DNA of 64,000 nucleotides, taken from Octopus vulgaris (lineage: Eukaryota). Below are positions 11,674 to 23,655 of the stretch, in pieces. Made by a program: the position numbers and the translations under genes. The first letter of the stretch is position 1; each line of letters begins with the position of its first letter. The notes below the pieces were generated by a model. It was given only the letters and a program-made list of their open reading frames with translations, was not told the origin of the DNA and did no database searches. The stretch is taken from the NCBI GenBank assembly GCA_951406725.2, contig OX597833.1, forward strand, positions 21,824,001 through 21,888,000, given 5' to 3'.

Positions 11674-12879
11674 ATGTGGAGTGAGGACGACAGTAATAAA
11701 AAATGAAAAAACAACAACAACACAAAACTCAATTAACAAGCTAATTAATTAGTATACAAGCAATTCATTTTCTTATTACAAAGACGAAGAGGGAAAAGAG
11801 ATGGAAAAATTGACCGTGATGTGATGCTTATGCCTTTTACAACGGCATTAGTCACGTTGAATCGAGAATTTCTGAATTGTATCTGGAATCGAAACCGAAC
11901 CGCAGATTCCATAGGCTAGGAGTTTACCGACCCATTTCGTTCATACTCATTCCAACGGCTCTTGTCACTAAGTATCACGAAATCATTGATATCTCGAGTC
12001 AACGGATCTTTTTAAAATTCTTCCAACCACTTGAAGTGTATCAAATTTTCGTCAGACTTTTCTTTATTATTTTTTTCTTTCTTTTTTGCTTTTCAGATTT
12101 TCCACACTGGTGTAGTTTTGCATACTAATGACGAAAATCATGATTATGTTTTTATTATTTTTTTAGAAATTAATAATAATAATAAAAAAGTTACAAACAT
12201 TTAAAATTATTTAATTTTAGCCGATCGGAAGCCTCCGTTACCAACCTAGCGGAAATCGCACCTGTGTGTCTCCATGGAAATGACATAAACACAATGAAAA
12301 CAACCAGATCCATAAACCTTGACCCCTCCCCCATCCCCCCAGTATTTTTCCTTAAAAGCCTGGTGCTTATTCTGTCTTATCCTTTTGCTGAACTGCTAAG
12401 TTACGGACCGAAGCAAGCAAACGATGAAAAATTTAGGATAATTATGTCAGCAGAGAAATAATTCAAATTTGCAACGCATTTTGTTAGAGCCCTTGTTCAG
12501 CTATAGCAATTGCACCATGGTAAATGTAAACCCAGAAAAAAAAAGAAAATCCTCTATAGTGACCCCCGCCCCATCGCCCTTCTCCTGATGTCCCACTAAA
12601 CCCTAAGCCTGTACTTCTTTTGCTTAATCGTTAATCTAAACCACGCCAGAGTGTCCTTGAAAAAGCAGAAGCTACGTTCAATAATGTAATTCTTTGACGC
12701 ACTGTTTGACAACAAAGGCATGATGGCCACAGATTGACTGTCATTCACAAACAATGATATTGATTTCTGTCAGTTACACATATTATGTTTTACATAAAAG
12801 CAGTGGAGGTGGGGGGGATTACAGAATCGGTAGAGCAACAGACAAGATACTTTGTGCAAATTAGTGTTAATTTTTTTTA

Positions 12880-13415
12880 ATGGCTTTAGCCATCTGACTG
12901 CGGCCATGCTGGGGCACTGCATTGAAGAATTTTAGGCGAATGATTATCGCCCCCACCCCCAAGGTTGGTCTTTTGAAATACAGGTACAACTCATTTTTGT
13001 CATCTGAGTGAACTGAAGCAACGAGAAATAAAGTGCCTTGCTCAAGGACACAATATGTCACCGTGAATCGAACCCCGGACCTTACGGTCGTGAGCCGAAT
13101 ACTCTAACCACTAAGCCATGCTCCTTCTTTAAAAGCTTGGTGCTTATTCTCTCGAATTCTTTTGCTGAACTGCTAAGTTACGGAGACGTAAAAATATTAA
13201 CACCTGTTGTCAAACGGTGGTAGGCAATAAACACAGATAACACACACACACACATACCTATTTACATATACGAGATTCTTTCAATTTCATTCAACTAAAT
13301 CTATTCCCAAGGCTTTGATCAACCCCAGGCTACAGTAGAAAACACTTGTCCAATGTGTCATGCAGTGGGACTGAACCCGGAATCAAACTTCTTACCACAC
13401 AGCCACGCCTGCGCC
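12880..13415 (-). mobile_element. SINE-C, diverged, interrupted at 12961-13127
   Basis: Tail at 12880-12960; body and head at 13128-13415. Confidence 0.75.
12961..13127 (-). mobile_element. 3'-truncated SINE fragment, inverted copy of 14615-14781
   Basis: About 5 substitutions in 167 bp against 14615-14781. Confidence 0.85.
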
Positions 13416-13521
13416 ACTAAATAAAAAAAAAGTTTACAACGCTTTGTGTACCCTTAGTGGCCAGCTAGCTATCAGAGGAGAGATAATCCCGTCTAGACTA
13501 AGTTCAAAATTTAAATGAGTC

Positions 13522-13840
13522 AATAATACAGTTCTATATTTAAGAGATGAGGAATTATTTACGTTATTTACATTCGACGGATATTTGTCGTCATCTTGTT
13601 TGTTGTTAACACAACATTTCGGTTGATATACCCTCCAGCCTTCTTCAGGTGTCTTGGGGAAATTTCGAACCTGGGTTCTCATTCGTAAGTTATTTTTTTG
13701 ATGTTATTATTATTATTGTTAGTGTTCAGGTCACTGCTTGGAATCGAACTCAGAATCTTGGGGTTTGTAGCCCGCACTCTTAACCACTACGCCATATGCC
13801 CGTGGAGAGTCAATAAGTTGTGCAGAATAAACACATTTAA
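13522..13840 (-). mobile_element. Retrozyme/SINE-like element: tRNA-derived head followed by a minimal hammerhead ribozyme
   Basis: tRNA-like head at 13801-13729 (A box TGGCGTAGTGG, B box GAGTTCGATTCC), (AAT)n spacer, hammerhead motif at 13652-13609; outer boundaries approximate. Confidence 0.7.
13609..13652 (-). ncRNA. Minimal type I hammerhead ribozyme motif
   Basis: ACAC-CUGAAGA-A-GGCUG[GAGGGUAUAU]CAACC-GAAA-UG-UU-GUGU. Stem I ACAC/GUGU, conserved core, stem II with one mismatch. Confidence 0.8.
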
Positions 13841-13856
13841 TATTTCTTTTTCCTTT

Positions 13857-14097
13857 TCGTCTGCCTTTACATTCTGAGTTCAAATTCCGCCGAGGTCGAC
13901 TTTGCCTTTCAACCTTTTGGGGTCGACAAATTAAGTAACAGTGAAACACTGGGGTCGATCTAATCGATTGGCCCCCACCAAAATTTTGGGCCTTGTGCCT
14001 AGAGTAGAAAAGAAAAAAATATTTCTTTTTCCTAGGGTGACGAGTTGACATAATCGTTAGCACATCGGTGAAATGCTTAGCGACATTTCGTCTTGTG
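13857..14097 (+). mobile_element. SINE-B fragments; another diverged copy at ~14385-14560
   Basis: TTCTGAGTTCAAATTCCGCCGAGGTCGACTTTGCCTTTCA core. Confidence 0.75.
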
Positions 14098-14614
14098 CCA
14101 AAATTTGAAACCGATAAGGTCATTTTCCTACACATAAAGACCTTACAATTTTTTTAGTATAATAATTTTGGCATCTGGTCTGGGGCGGGTGGTGGAAAAT
14201 AGCCTGGAAAAAGACTAAGTCTTTAATCAATTATATCACATGAAAAGGAGGTGGATTGTCGCCCGAGAAAGCCCTTGAGTTTTCTGTTCCTCCTTCGTGC
14301 CCGGGACCCCAAACTTATACAGACTTATACAGAAGATCCAAAAGCGTTGACCCCATAAAGGCATCACTCGGAGCGGACAGTTACGCTGGTGATTTGGCAG
14401 AATCGCTAGAGCGTCAGGTAAACTACTTCGTGGAATTTGCTTTCGTTCTTTACGTTCCAAGTTCAACTCCTGCCAAAGTCATTTTCGAATTTCATCTTCC
14501 CAGGGTCGATGTAACTAACTAGCCCTTCTTCAAAAATCTTTGGCTTCGTGCCTACTTAAGAAATTATGTTTTTTTTAGAGGGGGGGGGGGGTGCACTTAT
14601 GTTTTAAGTCACCT

Positions 14615-14935
14615 GAAGGAGCATGGCTTAGTGGTTAGAGTATTCGGCTCGCGACCGTAAGGTCCGGGGTTCGATTCACGGTGACATCTTGTGTCCTTGA
14701 GCAAGGCACTTTATTTCTCGTTGCTTCAGTTCATTCAGCTGACAAAAATGAGTTGTACCTGTATTTCAAAGGACCAACCTTGTCACATCCCGTGTTACGC
14801 TGAATCTCCTTGAGAACTCTGTTAAGAGTACACGTGCCTGTGGAGTACTCACCCACTTGCACGTTAATTTCGCAAGCAGGCAGTTCAGTTGATCGAATCA
14901 ACTGGAGCACTCGTCGTCGTGACCCACGGAATGCC
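14615..14935 (+). mobile_element. SINE with SINE-D head/core and SINE-A tail
   Basis: Head TGGCTTAGTGGTTAG...GGTTCGATTC, CTTGAGCAAGGCACTT core, then the GTACCTGTATTTCAAAG...CGTCGTCGT tail of SINE-A. Confidence 0.85.
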
Positions 14936-14982
14936 TGTACGTCTTAACTTGTCACTGGAGTTAAAGAGATCACTATTACTTA

Positions 14983-15147
14983 GCGCAGGAGTGGCTGTGT
15001 GGTAAGTAGCTTGCTAACCAACCACATGGTTCCGGGTTCAGTCCCACTGTGTGGCATCTTGGGCAAGTGTCTTCTGCTATAGACCCCGGGCCGACCATTG
15101 CCTTGTGAATGGATTTGGTAGACGGAAACTGAAAGAAGCCTGTCGTA

Positions 15148-15226
<79 letters not shown>

Positions 15227-15425
15227 TTGTGTGTCTGTGTTTGTCTCCCTAGCATTGCTTGACAACCGATGCTGGTGTGTTTACGTCCCCGTCACTTAGC
15301 GGTTCGGCAAAAGAGACCGATAGAATAAGTACTGGGCTTACAAAGAATAAGTCCCGGTTTCGATTTGCTCGACTAAAGGCGGTGCTCCAGCATGGCCGCA
15401 GTCAAATGACTGAAACAATTAAAAG
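14983..15425 (+). mobile_element. SINE-C, young full-length copy with internal (TA)n
   Basis: Near-identical to 46930-47335 and 58855-59263. Confidence 0.92.
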
Positions 15426-15559
15426 ATTATGCTTAAGGCTTCTCTATTAGTAATCATTTTTTGAAGTGTGTACATAATTATGTAAACATTGTAACATTTT
15501 TTTCTACAAATAATCTCAAATTTAGCTTTTTTTGTACGCATAATTTTGCAACAGAAATA

Positions 15560-16260
15560 ACATACGTGAATAGTAAAAATAAATCTGTCTAACTTTTCCT
15601 TTTCATGTCAGTGTCTTAATCCTGTTAATAGTCTATTAAATAACTAATGTCTTTTGTAACTGATAGTAAATTATATAAAAAAATATTTATAGTTGATAAT
15701 TCATTATCCAAAAATTTATTAGGATGTCCGTAAATAAATTGAAAAAACAATTTAATCAGCATCCATATTCTTTCAGAAATCCGGAAAAAAATTAGGATAC
15801 AAATTTATCAAAACATATGGTCTTTGATAAATAACAGTGTTAAGAACTATAAAATAGTTACTACATGCCAAATTTTACCAAATTAAGTGTCGATGGTTGT
15901 GACCTTTGCCTCAGAGAAAATGAATATACAGCTTTGTAAAGGTTATACATTGAACGACAAACATTCAGAATTGATATATCTTTTGCCGTCATAAATCAAA
16001 ATATTTTAACAAATATTTTGAATTATCTAACGGCTAAAGACCAAATAGATGCGTAACACAATCATTCACATTTAAAAAAAAATCAAAACATTTCTCCAAT
16101 TAACGTGAATAAAAAATTCGTTAGTTTGTCATCATATATCAAAAAGGCAAGCAAACAAACGACTGACAATAAACGTTCCGACTACATCAAAACGTTTTGT
16201 ATTGTAAGCGGTTATATTCAACAATTGTGTTCGTTATACTCTTCACATAAATAAAAAATT
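15560..16260 (+). pseudogene. Possible highly decayed piggyBac-like transposase 3' region
   Basis: KLSVDGCDLCLRE (~15881-15920) resembles the GGVDxxD catalytic motif. KRSDYIKTFCIVSGYIQQLC..H* (~16172-16254) resembles a decayed C-terminal Cys-rich domain. Weak. Confidence 0.3.
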
Positions 16261-16596
16261 GACTTATTTATTACATTGTTTGAAAATCGGTTAAACGGGG
16301 AAGTAATAGCCGTAATCTTTGTAATGTCAGCTTTAAAATAAAATTTATAGCATACTCCCTTGTATTCCCTTATTAATGTCACCGGATTTATTTTTTTCAC
16401 ACTATTCTGTAATTCTTTCTTGGGCGAACGTTCGTTCCTTTTTTTCTTTTCTCAGTTTTTCCTTCTTCTTTTTCTGATCAATTTATTTATCAACTGTTCG
16501 TCTCACCAGCTAGTGCAATAAACTGTGTGGTTAAATGTTTCTGTTTCTATTTCTCAACAGCTAAAGAGGCATACTGTCATCGAAACAACTACGACT

Positions 16597-17106
16597 GGAT
16601 CATTACCTTTTGACCGACAGATTTAAAAAAATTATTTTTTATAACTAAACACTTTCAAACTTCGTTTGTCACTGTTATTTATGAGATCGTTCGTGCGCTT
16701 GTACTGGTTTTAACTTTAATGTGTTAGGGTTAGGGTTTTAAGGTTAGGGTTTTAGGGCTAGGGTTAGGGTTTTAGGATTAAGGTTAGGGTTTTAGGGTTT
16801 TAGGGTTAGGGTTAAGGTTTTAGGTGTGTCATAAATAACAGTAACAAACGAAATATACACCACCGGAAGTTGTTGTTGACAAACAACAACAGTAATTTTA
16901 TTCAACTGAATACACGTCCTTGATTGGTTGAAATTGCCGAAATAGGACAACTTTAGCGGGAAATAACTTCCTAAATATAAGTTTTTCTCAAAAACGCTAA
17001 GAGTAAAAGATATTTTATGACACATTCTGCCAGTGTCCGAAGTTTGAAAGTGTTCAGTTACAAAAAAATATTTTTAAAATCCGTCGGTCAAAAAAGGTAA
17101 AGATCC
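16597..17106. mobile_element. Merlin-like MITE with internal telomere-like repeats
   Basis: ~70-bp TIRs (16597-16664 / 17038-17106), GG..CC termini, 8-bp TSD CTACGACT/CTACGATT, (TTAGGG/TTTTAGGG)n at 16724-16824. Confidence 0.75.
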
Positions 17107-17407
17107 CTACGATTAAATCCTAAACACAGCAAATTGAGCTTTAAGCCACACACTAGAAACAATGTAAAAGATGTACAACAGTTGTTGTTGTTGTTGTTAT
17201 TGCTGTTGTTTGTTGATATTTAGATCTAGGTCAAGCCTGATGGAGAAAAACAAATAAAGAAATGCTCGTGGTCAAAAGATTCTAGTCGTAACAATCACGA
17301 GATTTGCCATTTACTTTTTATTTTTCAGGTAGCCAGTGATGATTAGTTGTCCGTGTGCGTGTGTGTGTGTGTGTGAGCGCGCACGTTTCTCTTTTATGTA
17401 ATGTGAT

Positions 17408-17730
17408 AGCGCGTGGCTTAGTGGTTAGCGTATTCGGCTCATAATCGTCAGGTCTTCAGTTCGATTTCCGGCGGTGCGTTGTGTCCTTGAGCAAGGTACT
17501 TTATTTCATACTGCTCCAGTCCACTCACCTGGCAAAAATGAGCAGTACTTGTATTTCAAAGGACCAGCCTTGTCACATTCTGTGTCAAGCTGAATCTCCC
17601 TGAGAATTACGTTAAAGGTAATTTATGCGTGTCTGCGGAATACTCAGCCACTTCAACGTTTATTTCACGAGCAGGTTGTTCAGTTGAATGTATGGAGTAG
17701 AATACTCGTCGTCGTAACCGACGGAGTACC
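17408..17730 (+). mobile_element. SINE with SINE-D head and SINE-A tail, diverged
   Basis: Collinear with 14615-14935. Confidence 0.85.
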
Positions 17731-17924
17731 ACTTAATGTGGGGACCAGACAACTATATCTACTCCACCTTGTATGTTTCTCTCTCTCTCTCTCCCCCTCC
17801 CTCTCTTCCCCCCTATTTCTCGGTATTGTCTCATTTTCTTTCTCTTTCTCTGTCACTCTTGCAAAAACATTTACTCTAATTCACCTCTCTCTCACTTTCT
17901 CCCTCTTTCCCACATGTGTATATG

Positions 17925-18170
17925 TGTGTATGTGTGAGTGTGTGTCTGTCTTTGTATCTCCAACCACTTGATAACCGGTGCTGGTTTGTTTACGTCCCCC
18001 TAACTTCGTGGTTCGACAAAAACAAAACCCGCAGAATAAGTACCAAACTTAAATAAGAAAATGCAAACGAAAGTCCTGGGGGTCGATTTGTTCTACTAAA
18101 ACCCTTCTAGGCGGTGCCCCAGCATGGTCGCAATCCAATGACTAGAAACAAGTAAAAGATTAGAAGATAA
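17925..18170 (+). mobile_element. SINE-C 3' half, diverged
   Basis: Matches consensus tail. Confidence 0.75.
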
Positions 18171-18456
18171 ACCATCAAAGGAACAAACTAATGGCAGTTT
18201 CCTCCTCTATCGCCGATCGTTACAATATAAAGAGTTAATGACGGTCCTTGTGTGTGGTTGTCTGATAAGCCAGAAATAGCTGTGAAAATTTCCCTCAAAA
18301 GCAATCCAAGCGATTTTGGAAATGACAGGATGATTGCGATTTGTAGGACGTCTTTGATCACGGCTCTAACTCAAATTAACTTAGATTATCTGACCCTGGG
18401 GAATCAGCAAAACAGTTTGTGCGTTCTGAAGGGCTAAGTGTTGTTTTTAGTGTCAA

Positions 18457-19031
<575 letters not shown>

Positions 19032-19165
19032 ATTTGCCTGTCTGTATGCGTGTGTGCAAGTGCGAGTGGAAGAGAGTGTGCGTGTGTGTGTGTATGTAAA
19101 TGTGGATTTCTATTTTTTTTTTCTACGTCTTCATAACTTTGTATCTATCTGTCCGTCTGCGTATC

Positions 19166-19351
19166 AGGACAATTACCCCCCCAAGACAATTGCCCCGGAC
19201 GACAACTACCCCCTAGGAAAATTACTCACCTTAGTTAATTACCTCCCCCTCCAATATATTAAGAAGTTTTTAAATCATCTGTTGTTCTCAAGGGTAATTG
19301 TCTTTGGTGGAGTTATTGTCTATGGGAGGGGGGGGGGGGGGTAAATGTCCT
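19166..19351. mobile_element. MITE with reiterated inverted subterminal motif GACAATTRCCCC
   Basis: Three to four direct motif copies on the left, inverted copies (GGGTAATTGTC, GGTAAATGTCC) on the right. Confidence 0.65.
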
Positions 19352-19356
19352 AAGCT

Positions 19357-19437
19357 CGTCTGTCTGTCTGTCTGTCCATCCATCCATCTATCTATCTATC
19401 TATCTATCTGTCTGTCTGTCTATCCATCCATCCATCA

Positions 19438-19505
<68 letters not shown>

Positions 19506-19556
19506 GTCTGTCCATCCGTCCGTCCGTCCGTCCGTCCATCCATCCATCCATCCATC

Positions 19557-19612
<56 letters not shown>

Positions 19613-19705
19613 GTCTGTCCATCCGTCCATCCATCCGTCCGTCCGTCCGTCCATCCATCCGTCCGTCCGTCCGTCCGTCCATCCATCCATCCATCCATCT
19701 ATCTG
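19357..19705. repeat. (TCTG/TCCA/TCTA/TCCG)n tetranucleotide array
   Basis: Seen directly. Confidence 0.95.
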
Positions 19706-19830
19706 TCTATGCCTCTTTATTTCCATCTCTTTCGATACCATTCTCACCCAGCAAATTTTATTCCTTAATTCTCCACTCTTTAAAGCAGTTTGACTGAACT
19801 TTCATGTAATTTCCATCACTCATCATTCCT

Positions 19831-19964
<134 letters not shown>

Positions 19965-20208
19965 ACGCGCACACGTTTCTCTAAATTCTATTTTCAGAAA
20001 TATCAAAACTACAGTCAAAGAACTATTTTAGTTTCCCGGTTAATAAACTCTCTTATTTTAATATCCTCACGTTTTTTTTTTACATTCTTTTCCTTTCCTT
20101 CTTTCCATTTTTTTTTTACATTGTATTTGTATTTATTTATTTATTTGCTGTTTTATTGTTGCTGCAGTTTAGTTTTTTCGAGGTATCATCATTCCTTGCC
20201 AGGCTTAT

Positions 20209-20682
20209 AAAGCGGCGAGCTGGCAGAAACGTTAGCACGCCGGGCGAAATGTTTAGCAGTATTTCGTCTGCCGTTAACGTTCTGAGTTCAAATTCCGCCG
20301 AGGTCGACTTTGCTTTTCATCCTTTCGGGGTCGATAAATTAAGTACCAGTTACGCACTGGGGTCGATGTAATTGACCTAATTCCTTTGTCTGTCCTTGTT
20401 TGTCCCCTCTATGTTTAGTCCCTTGTGGATAGTAAAGAAATATTTAGGGCGGCAAGCTGGCAGAAACGTTAGCACGCCGGGCGAAATGCGTAGCAGTATT
20501 TCGTCTGCCGCTACGTTCTGAGTTCAAATTCCGCCGAGGTCGACTTTGCCTTTCATCCTTTCGGGGTCGATAAATTAAGTACCAGTTACGCCGCACTAGG
20601 ATCGATGTAATTGACTTAATTCCTTTGTCTGTCCTTGTTTGTCCCCTCTGTGTTTAGCCCCTTGTGGGCAATAAAGAAATAA
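20209..20682 (+). mobile_element. SINE-B head-to-tail dimer
   Basis: Two full units joined by AAATATTTAGGGCGGC. Confidence 0.9.
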
Positions 20683-20693
20683 GATAGATAGAA

Positions 20694-20725
<32 letters not shown>

Positions 20726-20844
20726 TGACCTCTGTCTTTTGCTTCCCAATGCAAAAGCTTTCAGCAAAGAATATAAACAGAAAGCAATAAAATTTTCTTT
20801 TGACATTGTTTATTCACGGAAGCTTCTACGTCCATCTACAAAAC

Positions 20845-20901
20845 CAGCAGCGACACCACCACCACCACCAGCAGCAGCACCACCACTACTACTACTACTA
20901 C

Positions 20902-20940
<39 letters not shown>

Positions 20941-21230
20941 CACCATCGCCACCACTACTACTACTACCACCACCACCACCACTACTACTACTACTACTAC
21001 CACCACCACCACCACCACCACAACCAATAGCAACAACAGTCACCACCACATCACTAACCACCAACCGCTATTCCTCCCTATTCAACCCAACACCAAAATC
21101 TATCGCCATCACCGCCGCCCCCCCCCCCCCCCCACGTTTTTCACCACTGTTAACATACTCCACCATCACCATCACTACCATCACCACCACTAAGCGCTAC
21201 CATCACCACGAGCCACTATCACCATCACCG
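20845..21230. repeat. (CCA/CAG/CTA/ATA)n trinucleotide field
   Basis: Seen directly. Confidence 0.9.
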
Positions 21231-21611
21231 AGTCAACAAAGATGCTTCTATGCGGTCGCTCAGCCTGCTAGATGTAGCAACCGAACCTCTCGAATCATAT
21301 ACCTTACTGTCTTAGAAAGGACACATAGGATCATGTTTCCTTCAGCATATAGCTTAGGGTACTTTGATTCTGGATCAGGCCTGACCTGGGGCTAAACAAC
21401 AACAGCCACTAAAAACGAGGCAACAAGAGGAACCTTTATGCCTTTAGTACAGCAAATCGACCCCGAAAAGAATGAAAGACAAAATCGACCTTAGCGGAAT
21501 TTGAACTCAGAACGTAAAGACGGATGAAATATCCGCTTAGCATTGCATTATGATTCTCACCTAAGGTCCACATGACCTTCCTGTGGGTCCATATAAGATT
21601 TTACTACATAA

Positions 21612-21753
21612 GCAAATTTTTTTCGAGAAGCGGGCCGCATGAGACATGGTTCCATCGTGAGGTAGAATGCACTACAAAAAAAAATTCAAACTAATTTTTT
21701 TTTTTTGGCGTACCATTCAGAAATGCCCGTAGGTCGCATTTTGCCCGAGACTA
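21612..21753 (-). mobile_element. hAT-like MITE, same family as 11152-11673
   Basis: Minus strand TAGTCTCGGGCAAAATGCGACC...TTTCTGAATG...CATGTCTCATGCGGCCCG. Confidence 0.65.
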
Positions 21754-21824
21754 CTCTACGTTTTCATTTGATCAGTTAGAAATAACAGCCAAATCTCGCT
21801 TTAATTACATCCTACCATCTTTGG

Positions 21825-22330
21825 GGGAGCGAGCTAGTCGATTACATCAACCGCTCAACTGGTAGTTGTTTTATCGAACTTATAAGGATGAAAAGCAAAG
21901 CTGACCTCGGCGAGATTTGAGCTCAGAACGAAAAGAACCAAAAGAAATGCCGCTAAGCATTTTGTCCGACGCGCTAACGATTCCGCCAGTTGGCCGCCTT
22001 ACAACCCTTAATTTTTTCTACTATAGGCACAAGGTTTGAAATTGTGGGAGAGAGAGTAAGTCGATTACATCAAACCCAGTGTGTAACTGGTACATATTTC
22101 ATCGACCCCGAAATTTAAAGTCCACCTCGGCTGAATTTGAACTCAGCTCGCCGCCTTTTCAAAACCATACAGATAATAGCTAATAATCCTTTCCACTATA
22201 GGCACAAAGCCGGCAATTTCTGAGGAGGATGTGAGTCGTTTACATCGACCCCGAAAAGAATGAAAGACAAAATCGACCTTAGCGGAATTTGAACTCAGAA
22301 CATAAAGACGGATGAAATATCCGCTTAGCA
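21825..22330 (-). mobile_element. Cluster of diverged SINE-B copies
   Basis: Repeated GTCGATTACATC / GACCTCGGCG.A.TTTGA.CTCAG motifs. Confidence 0.75.
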
Positions 22331-22504
22331 CTGCATTATGTTGCTTTAGACCACTGATTCTCACCTAGGGTCCACACGACCTTTCTGTGGGTCCATATAA
22401 GATTTTACTACAATAAAAGTTTTGTCCAATAAATTGGCTACACTTCTGCAATGCACAAAATATTCTAACAGTTGTTTAATACAATTCCTAATATTTTATT
22501 ACTC

Positions 22505-22900
22505 TCTCTTTACTTGTTTCAGTCATTTGACTGCGGCCATGCTGGAGCACCGCCTTTAGTCGAGCAAATCGATCCCAGAACTTATTCTTTGGAAGACTAG
22601 TACTTATTCTATCGGTCTCTTTTGCCGATCTGCTAAGTTGCGGGGACGTAAAGACACCAGCATCGGTTGTCAAGCGATATTGGGAGGACAAACACAGACA
22701 CACAAATATATACACACACATACATTTATATATATACTTATATACGACAGGCTTCTTTCAGTTTCCATCTACCAAATCCACTCACAAGGCTTTGGTCGGC
22801 CCGAGGTTATAGTAGAAGACACTTGCCCAAGGTGCCACGCAGTGGGAATGAACCCGGAACCATATGGTTGGTAAGCAAGCTACTTACCACACAACCACTC
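22505..22900 (-). mobile_element. SINE-C; a plus-strand 5' fragment follows at 22967-23100
   Basis: Matches consensus. Confidence 0.9.
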
Positions 22901-23149
22901 AACAGGTTTTTTTTTTTTAATAATCAAATGGGTAGGAAACAAAGGGTCCATAGGTAAAACATCGTGTAGGCGCAGCTGTGTGGCAAGAAGTTTGCTTCCC
23001 AATCACTTGGATCCGGGTTCACTCCCACTGCCTGGTACCTTAGGTCAACTACAGACATGTAAGAGGATTTAGTAGACGGAAACTGAAAGAAGCTCGTCGT
23101 GTATATATATATATATATATATATATAGTCAATTTAGATAAATAAACAG

Positions 23150-23410
23150 TGTAAATGAACGAGTAAAAACGGACAACATGAGGACGTACATAAGAAATGT
23201 GTAAGCCTGACGCTCGGTGGAAGGTGAGAGTTTGACGTTTTGAGCATAAAAGACGAAGACAGGTAAAGTAATAAGCGGGTGTATTAGTTTAACGCTCGGG
23301 AAGAATGGAAAAGTCTTTGACGTTTCGAGCCTACGCTCTTCGACAGAAGGGATTGAGAGGGAAGAAGAAAAAAACGGAAAGCGAAAAAAAAAGGTGTGGG
23401 GATTAACGGT
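23150..23410 (-). mobile_element. Penelope-type terminal fragment(s) with hammerhead-like motif at 23315-23350
   Basis: Minus strand CCUU-CUGUCGAA-GAGC[GUAG]GCUC-GAAACGUC-AAAG; homologous to 27415-27600 and 32915-33085. Confidence 0.7.
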
Positions 23411-23565
<155 letters not shown>

Positions 23566-23655
23566 TCCCCATCACTAGTTAACAACCAGTGTTGGTGTCT
23601 TTATGTCCACATTACTTATTTGTTCGGCAAAGAGAGACCGATAGAAGAAGGACCA

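Larger units (their letters stand above)
21459..22410 (+). repeat. Local direct duplication: 21459-21608 and 22246-22410
   Basis: Same private SINE-B variant fused to ATTCTCACCTA.GGTCCACA.GACCTT.CTGTGGGTCCATATAAGATTTTACTACA; first copy lacks ~20 bp. Confidence 0.85.

Noticed and set aside
13434-13682. 82-aa ORF MRTQVRNFPKTPEEGWRVYQPK as a protein
   Set aside because: It overlies the hammerhead motif of a repeat element, and the RNA structure explains the sequence better than coding.
16724-16824. True telomere or chromosome-fusion site
   Set aside because: Short, degenerate, single orientation and enclosed by TIRs with a TSD.
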